Positions 8,123 through 17,033 of a stretch of DNA of 64,000 nucleotides are shown here, in pieces (the stretch's first letter is position 1; every line of letters starts with the position of its first letter). Origin of the DNA: an uncultured Bacteroidia bacterium (GTDB lineage: Bacteria > Bacteroidota > Bacteroidia > Bacteroidales > ML635J-15); assembly GCA_902800045.1 (NCBI GenBank), contig CADCCZ010000007.1, positions 22,237 to 86,236 of the forward strand, written 5' to 3'. The position numbers were made by a program, and so were the translations under genes. The notes under the pieces were generated by a model. The model did no database searches and had not been told where the DNA came from. It worked only from the letters and a program-made list of their open reading frames with translations.

Positions 8123-10075
8123 TTACCTCCCACTCCCTTTTTCAAACTCCTCCATCTCCGTACTTGCCTCCTCCCACACGCTCATCTGCTGCTCGAGCTC
8201 CTCGTTCAGCTTGCCCGACATCTTGTAGGCGGTTTCCAACTTCTGCTGTTCGATGGCTGGATTCGACATAAGTTCGTTAAGCCCAGCAATTTCCGATTCA
8301 AGCCTTTCGATTTCGGCTTCGGCTTTGTCGATACGGTTCTGTATGGCACGACGGCGCTTGTTGAGTTCCTTGTTTTCAAGATACTTCTGCTTGTTGTCAG
8401 AGATACCTGCTTCGGCTTTAGCCTCGGCAAGCTTGCGGTCCTTAATCTCAATCTCGCGCATGTCCTCAATCTTCTTGTTGCGCAGAAAATCGTATATGCC
8501 ACCGACATGCAGGCGGATTTTCTTGTTCTTGAACTCGTAAACCTTCGACACAAGCCCGTCGAGGAAATAACGGTCGTGCGAAACCACTATCAGCGTGCCG
8601 TCGTAGTTCTGGAGTGCCTGCTTAAGAATGTCCTTGGAGCGTATGTCGAGGTGGTTGGTAGGCTCGTCAAGAACAAGCAGATTGTACGGTTGCAACAAAA
8701 GTTTTGCCAGCGACAGACGCGAATGTTCTCCACCCGACAGTACCTTTACCTTCTTGTCGATGTCCTCGCCCGAGAAAAGGAAAGCACCGAGAATATCCCT
8801 GATTTTTGTGCGTATGTCGCCAACGGCAATGCGGTCAAGTGTTTCAAAGACAGTTAATTCTGGGTCTAGAAGTTCGTCCTGATTCTGAGCAAAGTAGCCA
8901 ATATTTATGTTGTGTCCGATTTTCAGTTCGCCCGAATACTCGGTTTCGCCGATGATGACTTTCGACAAGGTTGTCTTGCCTTCGCCGTTTCGTCCGACGA
9001 AAGCAACCTTCTCGCCACGCTCAATCACAAGGTCAATCTTATCGAGGATAAGGTTGTCGCCATAGCTTTTGCTTAGTTCCTTGGTTTCGACCACAATGTC
9101 GCCCGAACGTGGCGCCGGTGCAAACTTTATGTGCATAGCGGCATTGTCAAGGTCATCCACTTCGATGATGTCCATTTTTTCGAGTTGCTTTATGCGCGAC
9201 TGAACCTGATTTGACTTAGTGGCCTTGTAGCGGAAACGCTCGATAAATTCCTCGGTGTCCTTGATTTGCTTCTGCTGGTTCTCGTAGGCTGCAAGTTGCT
9301 GTTGCAGGCGTTCCTGCTGCAAAACCTTGAACTTTGAATAAGGAACCTTGTAATCGTACAGTTTTCCGAGGTTTATCTCTATTGTGCGGGTGGTTACATT
9401 GTCGAGGAATGCGCGGTCGTGCGAAATCAGCAGAACGGCACCCTTGTATGCCTGCAAAAAGTCTTCGAGCCACTGAATTGACTCAATATCAAGGTGATTG
9501 GTAGGCTCGTCGAGAAGAATGAGGTCGGGACTTTGCAGAAGAATTTTTGCAAGTTCCACCCTCATGCGCCAGCCACCGCTGAACTCGGCAATCTTGCGGT
9601 TGAAGTCGCTGCGTAGAAAGCCCAAGCCTTTCAGAATCCGTTCTATTTCGGGTTCCATATTGTTCACACCGACGATTTGCAAGTGTTCGTTGAGGTGGGC
9701 AAGGTTTTCAGCTGCCTTTATGTACGATTCGGAAGTGTAGTCGGTGCGGGTTTCGAGTTCGGCGGCAAGGCGGTCGATTTCGCGCTGGATTTCGGCAATA
9801 TTGTCGAAAGCCTTCTTGGTTTCCTCAAGCACAGTGTTTTGCGTTGAAGCAAGCGCCATCTGCTGTGGCAGGTAGCCAATTGTTATTCCCGACGGTTTCG
9901 ACACGCTTCCTTCTGTTGGCGTTACTATTCCGCAGATGACTTTCAGCAAGGTGGACTTTCCTGCGCCGTTCTTTCCGACCAAACCTATGCGGTCGCGACG
10001 GTTTATCATAAAGCCGATGTTGGAGAATAGCTCGAATCCTCCAAAACGAATGGTTATATTGTCGATTGATAGCAT
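8123..10075 (-). CDS. ABC-F family ATPase (two ABC domains, no TM, C-terminal coiled coil)
   Basis: Walker A motifs GKNGAGKST and GRNGEGKTT, and signature motifs FSGGWRMR and LSGGEHSR. The track start at 10120 is a TTG. ATG 10075 (MLSIDNITIRFGG) is the typical ABC-F N-terminus. Confidence 0.85.
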   Translation of the reverse strand: MLSIDNITIRFGGFELFSNIGFMINRRDRIGLVGKNGAGKSTLLKVICGIVTPTEGSVSKPSGITIGYLPQQMALASTQNTVLEETKKAFDNIAEIQREIDRLAAELETRTDYTSESYIKAAENLAHLNEHLQIVGVNNMEPEIERILKGLGFLRSDFNRKIAEFSGGWRMRVELAKILLQSPDLILLDEPTNHLDIESIQWLEDFLQAYKGAVLLISHDRAFLDNVTTRTIEINLGKLYDYKVPYSKFKVLQQERLQQQLAAYENQQKQIKDTEEFIERFRYKATKSNQVQSRIKQLEKMDIIEVDDLDNAAMHIKFAPAPRSGDIVVETKELSKSYGDNLILDKIDLVIERGEKVAFVGRNGEGKTTLSKVIIGETEYSGELKIGHNINIGYFAQNQDELLDPELTVFETLDRIAVGDIRTKIRDILGAFLFSGEDIDKKVKVLSGGEHSRLSLAKLLLQPYNLLVLDEPTNHLDIRSKDILKQALQNYDGTLIVVSHDRYFLDGLVSKVYEFKNKKIRLHVGGIYDFLRNKKIEDMREIEIKDRKLAEAKAEAGISDNKQKYLENKELNKRRRAIQNRIDKAEAEIERLESEIAGLNELMSNPAIEQQKLETAYKMSGKLNEELEQQMSVWEEASTEMEEFEKGSGR

Positions 10076-10141
10076 TTCCGAAATTTTGCGCGAAGTTAAT
10101 GCAATAATTTGAATCTTCAAATTGCCGAAGGAAATCGAAAA

Positions 10142-10162
10142 TCGTATTTCGTAAATCGTAAA
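10142..10162. repeat. Three tandem heptamers: TCGTATT TCGTAAA TCGTAAA
   Basis: Read directly from the intergenic region upstream of purM. Confidence 0.6.
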
Positions 10163-10169
10163 TTTTATC

Positions 10170-10177
10170 TAATTTTG
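10170..10177 (+). promoter_or_regulatory. -7 box TAatTTTG for the purM-like gene
   Basis: taattttg lies 21 nt upstream of ATG 10199. Confidence 0.5.
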
Positions 10178-10198
10178 CAACCACAAAAAAATTAGGTT

Positions 10199-11368
10199 AT
10201 GCCCGATAATTTCAGATACAACATGCGTGGAGTTTCGGCCGCTAAGGAAGATGTCCACAATGCAATTAAAAACATCGATAAAGGTCTGTATCCCAAGTCG
10301 TTCTGCAAGATAATCCCAGATATTCTCTGCGGTGACGACGAATACTGCAACATAATGCACGCCGACGGTGCAGGCACAAAATCATCGCTTGCCTACATGT
10401 ATTGGCGCGAAACCGGCGACCTTTCGGTATGGAAAGGCATTGCAATCGACGCCATCGTGATGAACACCGACGACCTGCTCTGCGTAGGCGCAACCGACAA
10501 CATTCTGCTGTCGTCGACCATCGGTCGCAACAAGAGGCTCATCCCGGGCGAAGTAATCTCGGCAATAATAAACGGCACTCAGGAATTCTGCGACACAATG
10601 CGCAAGTTTGGTGTAAACATTGTGCTTACGGGTGGCGAAACTGCTGATGTCGGTGACCTTGTAAGGACGGTAATCGTCGATTCGACAGTAACCTGTCGTA
10701 TGAAACGTAGCGACTTGATAACCAATGAAAAAATTGGCGATGGCAATGTAATCGTGGGACTTGCATCGTACGGACAGGCAAAATACGAAACATTCTACAA
10801 CGGCGGTATGGGCAGCAACGGACTTACCTCAGCACGTCACGATGTGTTTGCAAAGTACCTTGCCGAAAAGTACCCCGAAAGCTACGACAACGGCATACCG
10901 CAGGAACTTGTATATTCGGGCAAATGCAAGCTTACCGACAAATTGGAATCACCGTACAGCGATGCCGGCAAGCTGGTACTCTCACCCACACGCACCTACG
11001 CACCCGTAATCCGTGAAATACTGAACCAGTACAGGTCGCAGATCAACGGTATAATACACTGCAGCGGCGGCGCACAGACAAAGATTCTCAACTTCGTTGA
11101 CAATCTGCACGTGGTAAAGGACAATATGTTCGAAACCCCATTGCTGTTCAAGCTGATACAGGAACAGAGCGGTACCGACTGGCGCGAAATGTACAAGGTA
11201 TTCAACATGGGACACCGCATGGAACTGTATGTTCCCGAAAGCATTGCCGAAGGAATAATCTCGATAAGCAAGAGTTTCGGTGTGGATGCCAAGATTATCG
11301 GTCACTGCGAAAAATACGAAGGTAAGAAGCTGACAATCAAGTCGGACAAGGGAGAATTTACTTATTAA
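10199..11368 (+). CDS. purM: AIR synthase-related protein / phosphoribosylformylglycinamidine cyclo-ligase (PurM-like, long Bacteroidetes form)
   Basis: 389 aa. The motif run RGVSAAKEDVHNAIKNIDKG..MHADGAGTKSSLAYMYW..DLLCVGA matches the Bacteroidetes PurM-like family as I recall it. Confidence 0.65.
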   Translation: MPDNFRYNMRGVSAAKEDVHNAIKNIDKGLYPKSFCKIIPDILCGDDEYCNIMHADGAGTKSSLAYMYWRETGDLSVWKGIAIDAIVMNTDDLLCVGATDNILLSSTIGRNKRLIPGEVISAIINGTQEFCDTMRKFGVNIVLTGGETADVGDLVRTVIVDSTVTCRMKRSDLITNEKIGDGNVIVGLASYGQAKYETFYNGGMGSNGLTSARHDVFAKYLAEKYPESYDNGIPQELVYSGKCKLTDKLESPYSDAGKLVLSPTRTYAPVIREILNQYRSQINGIIHCSGGAQTKILNFVDNLHVVKDNMFETPLLFKLIQEQSGTDWREMYKVFNMGHRMELYVPESIAEGIISISKSFGVDAKIIGHCEKYEGKKLTIKSDKGEFTY

Positions 11369-11371
11369 TTT

Positions 11372-11513
11372 ACGATTGACGATTGAATAGGATTTAGGAA
11401 TTTTGAATAATCAAACCATTGAACATTGAACTTTTGAACCATTAAGTACGGTCGCGGCGCGCCACGACTCAACAAGAAACTTTTGAACTTTGAATTTTTG
11501 AACTTTGAACTTT
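11372..11513. repeat. Composite microrepeat intergenic region with a central GC palindrome
   Basis: Read directly. In order it contains (ACGATTG)x2, (AGGAWTT)x2, (ATTGAAC-type)x3 at 11417-11440, the GC palindrome GTCGCGGCGCGCCACGAC at 11451-11468, and (TTTGAAC-type)x4 at 11481-11513. All TTGAAC units have the same orientation. Confidence 0.6.
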
Positions 11514-11518
11514 AGCTT

Positions 11519-12607
11519 ATGGCAAACAACCTGATATTAGAAAAACTACAAGGCGTAAAAGCAAGATTCATCGAAGTAGGCAAAATGCTTACCGACCAGT
11601 CGATAATGTCCGACATGGACAAATATGTAAAACTGAACAAGGAATACAAAGACCTTGAGCCTATAATCGAGGCTTACGACGAATACACCAACATAATTTC
11701 CAACATCGACAATGCCAAGTCGATACTCTCGACAGAAAAGGATGAGGAAATGCGCGAGATGGCGAAGATGGAAATCGATGAACTCAGCGCCAAAATTGAC
11801 CCGATGGAGGAAAAGATAAAGCTTTTGCTTATACCAAAAGATCCAGAGGACGAGAAGAACGCCATCGTTGAAATCCGTGGCGGTGCAGGTGGCGACGAGG
11901 CAAGCCTTTTTGCAGGCGAACTTATGCGCATGTACATGAAATACTGCGAAACAAAGGGATGGAAAACCGAAATCACACGTGCTACCGAAGGTACAGTCGG
12001 CGGTTACAAGGAAGTTGTTTTCACAGTTACCGGACACGGCGTATATGGTATTTTGAAGTACGAATCGGGAGTTCACCGCGTACAGCGCGTTCCGCAGACC
12101 GAAACACAGGGCCGCGTACACACATCGGCAGCATCGGTGGCAGTATTGCCCGAAGCCGACGAAGTCGACATCAAGATTAACCCGGCCGATATCAAGCGTG
12201 ATGAGTTCTGCTCGTCGGGACCTGGCGGACAGTCGGTTAACACCACCTACTCGGCAATTCGTCTTACCCATATTCCTACAGGTATAGTGGTTACCTGCCA
12301 GGACGAAAAGTCGAAGCTGAAAAACATCGAATCGGCAATGAAGGAACTTCGTACCCGTCTGTACAACCTTGAATATCAAAAATATCTGGACGAAATTTCA
12401 AAGAAGCGTAAGACCATGGTTTCTACCGGCGACCGCTCGGCAAAAATCCGTACCTACAACTTCCCGCAAGGCCGTGTTACCGACCACCGAATCAACTACA
12501 CGATGTACAATTTGCAGAACTTTATGCTCGGTGACATTCAGGAACTCATCGACCAGCTTATTATGGCAGAAAACGCCGAGAGACTGAAGGAAGCTAACAA
12601 CGAATAA
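11519..12607 (+). CDS. prfA: Peptide chain release factor 1
   Basis: 362 aa. It has the GGQ motif SGPGGQSVNTT and an RF1-type tripeptide region RVPQTETQGRVHTS. Confidence 0.95.
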   Translation: MANNLILEKLQGVKARFIEVGKMLTDQSIMSDMDKYVKLNKEYKDLEPIIEAYDEYTNIISNIDNAKSILSTEKDEEMREMAKMEIDELSAKIDPMEEKIKLLLIPKDPEDEKNAIVEIRGGAGGDEASLFAGELMRMYMKYCETKGWKTEITRATEGTVGGYKEVVFTVTGHGVYGILKYESGVHRVQRVPQTETQGRVHTSAASVAVLPEADEVDIKINPADIKRDEFCSSGPGGQSVNTTYSAIRLTHIPTGIVVTCQDEKSKLKNIESAMKELRTRLYNLEYQKYLDEISKKRKTMVSTGDRSAKIRTYNFPQGRVTDHRINYTMYNLQNFMLGDIQELIDQLIMAENAERLKEANNE

Positions 12608-12623
12608 ATAATTGTAGTTATAT

Positions 12624-12678
12624 AAAAACAGCGTTCCAGATCCTGAAACAAGTTCAGGATGACGAACGCTGTTTTTTT
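12624..12678. terminator. Bidirectional rho-independent terminator between convergent prfA and the GT2 gene
   Basis: AAAAACAGCGTTC (12624-12636) pairs with GAACGCTGTTTTTTT (12664-12678). An inner hairpin ATCCTGAA/TTCAGGAT is nested within. A- and T-runs flank both sides. Confidence 0.75.
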
Positions 12679-12683
12679 GTGCT

Positions 12684-13778
12684 TTATGCTTTTATTTTTC
12701 TGCCCTTCCACATCGGCTTATACACCAGCGCTGCAAGAGCCACCGAGACAATATATAACGGATGAACGATAGTAAGCGGAATGCTTGCCCACCACAATCT
12801 GCCGCAACGATAGAAGTGCAACACATATACTATAAAATACATGTCGACGGCATTCTTCATAAACAGCAGGCAGGCAAACACTAGGAAATACAAAGGCTGT
12901 ATGCATCCCATGACAAACGCAACCAACAAGGCAACGGCCATGAGGAAAACTATCGACGACACAAAGATTGCAAACGGATTCTTGTATCCGCCAGCCTTCG
13001 ATGCCCACCTTACCCTCTGAGCGAAAAACTCGGCAAGGTTTCCGGGTGCTTTGGTTTTGACGATGCAATCGGCAACCTGAGCGAACCCTACCTTATATTT
13101 TTTGTCGGCATAGTGCAGCAGGAAAACATCGTCGCCAGACGAGTACTTTGTGTTAAGGTCGGCTTCGGCATAGACCTTACGCTCGACAGCAAAGTTGGCG
13201 CCGTTGCACATAAATGGCCGCCCCATAAAGAATCCTGCCGCGCCGCTTCCTGTAAGCGACAAAAATTCCAACTGCATTACCTTGTTGAAAAAGCCTTTCC
13301 CATCGGAATAGCGCACAGGACCACAAACCATTGCAGAATCCTCGCTGCGCATTCTCGACACAAGTGTTTCTATGCAGTTGCTTTTCAAAATGCAGTCGGC
13401 ATCGGTGAAATACAATATTTCGCCAGTCGAATTTTCGTAACCTAACCTCAATGCAGCCTTTTTGCCAACAACCTCATCAGTAGCGTCGATGAGCTTTATA
13501 CGAGAATCGTCATACGAATTTACAATCGCCAACGAACCGTCGTCGCTATGGTCGTTTATCAGAATAAACTCGCATTTTCTGTATGTCTGTGCAATAAGAC
13601 TATTGATAAGTGCTGGTAGGTTCTTTTCCTCGTTGCGAAAAGCTACTATTACGCTTACCAGAGGTGCTTTGTCGGCAGGGAGACTTGGAGCAACTTTGTC
13701 CTCATCGCGCCAGTTGTAGCAGAATGCCAGTATCAGCAGCGAATATATTATTGTTATTATGGCTAGGGCGATAATCAT
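12684..13778 (-). CDS. Family 2 glycosyltransferase with C-terminal TM segments
   Basis: 364 aa. An N-terminal TM is followed by VSVIVAFRNEE, INDHSDDGS and FTDADC (the DxD region), then several C-terminal TM helices. Confidence 0.75.
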   Translation of the reverse strand: MIIALAIITIIYSLLILAFCYNWRDEDKVAPSLPADKAPLVSVIVAFRNEEKNLPALINSLIAQTYRKCEFILINDHSDDGSLAIVNSYDDSRIKLIDATDEVVGKKAALRLGYENSTGEILYFTDADCILKSNCIETLVSRMRSEDSAMVCGPVRYSDGKGFFNKVMQLEFLSLTGSGAAGFFMGRPFMCNGANFAVERKVYAEADLNTKYSSGDDVFLLHYADKKYKVGFAQVADCIVKTKAPGNLAEFFAQRVRWASKAGGYKNPFAIFVSSIVFLMAVALLVAFVMGCIQPLYFLVFACLLFMKNAVDMYFIVYVLHFYRCGRLWWASIPLTIVHPLYIVSVALAALVYKPMWKGRKIKA

Positions 13779-13780
13779 CT

Positions 13781-15304
13781 CTAATATTTTACAAACTTAC
13801 CTACATGATACACTCCCATATAATATACCACAATAGTGTACAATCCATCTGGATATTGCGACACATCAATACTATATGTGGAATCACTGCTGTTGTCATC
13901 GTATAGCACAGTACCAAGCATACTAAATACCTTTATGTTATATTCACCAGCAATAGTTTCGGGAATATCTACATTCACAAAGTTACAAGTTGGGTTGGGG
14001 TAAATATTACTCGGAGTAATCCATTCCGAATTTTTGTGAACAATATCACAATTCACAGGATTGCATCCACATTCAGGATATAATGAATACACCAAAGTAT
14101 CATCGAACAATATACAACTAGTTGGATAATATGTTGCACCAACCATTACTCCTCCAAAAAAGCCGTATGACGGGCCAAAACCTTCAACAATTCTGTCATA
14201 ATGTTCGAACCCTACTCCGAACGTTCTATGATATCCATCAGGTATCGTCGCTATATGTATAACTTTTCGACCTTGATAACAGGTTATTGAATCAACAACA
14301 TATTCTAAATCATAATAATAAGGATCTGAGTACACAAAAGTATCTCCTACCTCAAGGTTAAATGAGAAAGCAAGCTGTTCTGCTCCATTATTAATGCGAA
14401 ATACTTCACCAGTCGCAGTATCTTCCCTTATAAGCAAGTAATCTGTCATTGCTATATAGCAAGATAAATTGTCTATCTTTTGGTATGACTTTCCATCTAT
14501 TAATATTGTATCGGAGCGCAAGACATATACTGGATCATTTCTATAACAAGGTCCAACCGTATTATTCTGGCATGGAAAACTGTCGTGTGGCATTGTAAAT
14601 ATTTCGTCATCCCTACCACCACCAATTGTTTCATATCCTACCCACCATTCTGTTTTCTCCCTGCCAAATATCGACTTATAGTAGCGCGGACCAGTCTGGT
14701 ATTCGCAGTCGGGCATATCGGCAAAATGGAAGGAAAAGCCCGTGGTGTCGGAAATGCACCGCAGTCCATCGGTATAGGATTTCACTTGGTTGGGGAACAG
14801 GCACTTAAGTGAGCCAATGCCATCAATTATACCACTATTGCCAAACGAATCATACAATGCAGTATCGGTACAATGCGCATACTGTACATTCCGAAGTTCG
14901 CCACCAATTTCTATCTGCGCCACAGAATCCACATACATACTTACTCCATACTCATCAAGCTGCCACGATTCGCCTGCAACCTTGCCGAAGTCGTACAAAA
15001 GACAGAACCGCTGCAAGTCTGTCGAATAGCGATAAACCCTAGAATCCTGTGAATAGATTATGTTTTCCGATTTCAAACTATAGTTGTTGAGATTGTCGGG
15101 GACATACTCGCACAGCACCTTGGCTTCAATGCCATTAACCGTAGTGTCGCGGTCGAAGACAATGTAGGAATACGAAACATAGTTTGGATCGAAGGTATTG
15201 TATGTGTAATACCATTTGAAACCATTGGCTCCGAAATCGGGAGTTTGAGAGTAGCCGCTTACAACAAGAGATAGCAGCAAAATTAAAAAGGAAAAATATC
15301 TCAT
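13781..15304 (-). CDS. Secreted protein with a T9SS (Por) C-terminal sorting domain
   Basis: 507 aa with signal peptide MRYFSFLILLLSLVVSGYSQ. The C-terminus IYPNPTCNFVNVDIP..YNIKVFSMLGTVLY..GLYTIVVYY..GKFVKY is typical of a T9SS CTD. Confidence 0.7.
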   Translation of the reverse strand: MRYFSFLILLLSLVVSGYSQTPDFGANGFKWYYTYNTFDPNYVSYSYIVFDRDTTVNGIEAKVLCEYVPDNLNNYSLKSENIIYSQDSRVYRYSTDLQRFCLLYDFGKVAGESWQLDEYGVSMYVDSVAQIEIGGELRNVQYAHCTDTALYDSFGNSGIIDGIGSLKCLFPNQVKSYTDGLRCISDTTGFSFHFADMPDCEYQTGPRYYKSIFGREKTEWWVGYETIGGGRDDEIFTMPHDSFPCQNNTVGPCYRNDPVYVLRSDTILIDGKSYQKIDNLSCYIAMTDYLLIREDTATGEVFRINNGAEQLAFSFNLEVGDTFVYSDPYYYDLEYVVDSITCYQGRKVIHIATIPDGYHRTFGVGFEHYDRIVEGFGPSYGFFGGVMVGATYYPTSCILFDDTLVYSLYPECGCNPVNCDIVHKNSEWITPSNIYPNPTCNFVNVDIPETIAGEYNIKVFSMLGTVLYDDNSSDSTYSIDVSQYPDGLYTIVVYYMGVYHVGKFVKY

Positions 15305-15324
15305 AGTAATACTTTTATTGGGTA

Positions 15325-15332
15325 CAAATATA
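15325..15332 (-). promoter_or_regulatory. -7 box (TAtaTTTG on minus strand) for the T9SS cargo gene
   Basis: Plus-strand caaatata lies 20 nt upstream of the ATG at 15304. Confidence 0.45.
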
Positions 15333-15352
15333 CTATTTTATGTCTAAATAAC

Positions 15353-15383
15353 AAAAAAATAAGGGCTACGCGCCCTTATTTTA
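15353..15383 (-). terminator. Rho-independent terminator after the 523-aa gene
   Basis: ATAAGGGC-tacgc-GCCCTTAT hairpin. The plus-strand A-run upstream becomes a U-run on the minus-strand transcript. Confidence 0.65.
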
Positions 15384-15401
15384 TATGGTATTAGTTTGTT
15401 T

Positions 15402-16973
15402 CTATTCTGGGTTGAACATTGCGAACTTACCCTTCTTTCCGTTACGGGTGAACATGTAGTGTGTTCCGTTGTATTCCTGGAAAAGTTCGGGAATTATCTT
15501 GCTCTTCTTGTTGCTCTTCGGGAACAAAGCTTGTCCCGATACAGCACCGTCAGAGAAAATAGAAACTGCCATTGCAAAACCGTTGCGGTCTGGCGAAGTA
15601 GCTTCTTTGTACTTGTCGCCGTTCAAGTTGGCTTTCGATTCGCCAGCCTCGAGGTTTGTAAGGTTCTTTGCATTGTCGTTGTAGAACAAGAATACCTTCT
15701 CGCCGATAGCATAGGTTGCAACCGACGAATACTTTCCATAGTCGTTCCAGCTGTACTGGCTCTTTGGAATTCTAACCATCCATTCCATGCAGTTCTTGTT
15801 GTTGCAGTATGCTACAAGCACGTCGTTGAAACGATAGTATTCGTTGTAAATAGTTTCTCTTGTCTGTGGGTCGAAAATCGAGTCCTTCCAGTAGTTCTTG
15901 TGTTCGGCAACCACAACCGAACCGCCGTCGGTAAGATAAAGGACATTGAGAAGCTGATAGTCGTACTTCTGGTCCATAATCTTGTTCAACCTATCGGCGT
16001 TGAAAGCAGGAATTTCGGTCTTCTGGAAAGTATAGTTGGCCTTCTTTGAATCACCGTTGATCGGCTTCTTTTCCTTTACGTCGAACTTCTGGTGGTAGAT
16101 TGCCTGGTAGGTAGTCTTGCCCTTTGGTACGAGGAATCCGTAAACGTCGATGTTGTCGTTGTCGTCGATGCCGAAGATAGCGTCAACAAGAACGAGCTTT
16201 TTGTCCTTAACGTCAAAAGTTGTAACATCGTCCATTGCAGGGTTGAAAACAAGCATCTTGTAGTCGTAGGTTATGATTTTCATCTTCTGCAACTGTGCCT
16301 CCGAAGGGCTGATGCGAACGAGCATATATACGCTACCATTGTTTGTAATTTTCATGCTTTCAACAGCAAATGCCTGTCCTACAAGCGGAAGCTTAACCTG
16401 CTTGTTGTACACTTCTCTCAAGTTGGAGTTGTACATCTTGAAATAGAACGGCTCCTCGTTGTATGTCTGGAAAGGACGGTTGTACCATACGAACATGTTC
16501 TGTCCGTTTGGAGTGAGGCAAACGTTGAAGTCGGCAGACATGTTCTGGTTGGTAAGCTTACCGATTACCCTTGGTTCGCCCATTACCTGTCCGCTACGTC
16601 CAAGTTCCTGTATATACAACAGTTTTTCCTTCTTCAGGAAATCTTCGACCTGCGTAAACAGAACAACCTGTCCGTCAACATAGAAAGCTTCTACATATTC
16701 GGTCTGGTTTCCATCTACAACCGGAAGGATTATCTGTCCTGAAGTTTCCCTTACGAGCGATGCTGCGTTGAAGTATTCGAGCCACAGCTTGTCCTCGGCG
16801 TCCATCCTAATTGCGAAGAATCCGTCGGAGTCGCCACCAATCATTCTTACGTAGTCGTTGCCTTCTTCGAGCACGATGTCCTTGTCGTATCCGAAATTAG
16901 CCACTGCCTTCTGCTGTGCATTAACTGCAACGCACATGCAAAGCGTTAGAACAAACAAAAATATTTTCTTCAT
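15402..16973 (-). CDS. Hypothetical secreted protein (523 aa)
   Basis: Signal peptide MKKIFLFVLTLCMCVAVNAQQ. No family recognised. The two long antisense ORFs in the track are rejected. Confidence 0.6.
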   Translation of the reverse strand: MKKIFLFVLTLCMCVAVNAQQKAVANFGYDKDIVLEEGNDYVRMIGGDSDGFFAIRMDAEDKLWLEYFNAASLVRETSGQIILPVVDGNQTEYVEAFYVDGQVVLFTQVEDFLKKEKLLYIQELGRSGQVMGEPRVIGKLTNQNMSADFNVCLTPNGQNMFVWYNRPFQTYNEEPFYFKMYNSNLREVYNKQVKLPLVGQAFAVESMKITNNGSVYMLVRISPSEAQLQKMKIITYDYKMLVFNPAMDDVTTFDVKDKKLVLVDAIFGIDDNDNIDVYGFLVPKGKTTYQAIYHQKFDVKEKKPINGDSKKANYTFQKTEIPAFNADRLNKIMDQKYDYQLLNVLYLTDGGSVVVAEHKNYWKDSIFDPQTRETIYNEYYRFNDVLVAYCNNKNCMEWMVRIPKSQYSWNDYGKYSSVATYAIGEKVFLFYNDNAKNLTNLEAGESKANLNGDKYKEATSPDRNGFAMAVSIFSDGAVSGQALFPKSNKKSKIIPELFQEYNGTHYMFTRNGKKGKFAMFNPE

Positions 16974-16982
16974 CTCAAAAAG

Positions 16983-16998
16983 TTATTTACGTAAATAA
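16983..16998. promoter_or_regulatory. Perfect 16-bp palindrome TTATTTAC|GTAAATAA; possible operator
   Basis: Read directly. It lies 10-25 nt upstream of the ATG at 16973, between the rlmN stop and the hypothetical gene's start. Confidence 0.3.
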
Positions 16999-17033
16999 TT
17001 TGCGAAGATATATGTTTTTTTGGAAAGCGAAAA

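Noticed and set aside
11546-12379. 277-aa ORF antisense to prfA
   Set aside because: It lies wholly inside, and opposite to, a gene with unambiguous RF1 motifs. Its product is low-complexity and Cys/Phe/Val-rich with no recognisable domain. This is a typical stop-poor antisense frame.
15396-16742. Two ~216-aa plus-strand ORFs (15396..16049 and 16092..16742) antisense to the 523-aa secreted protein gene
   Set aside because: They lack start context and promoter boxes and have Val/Leu-rich nonsense composition. The minus-strand ORF has a signal peptide, a promoter region and a terminator.
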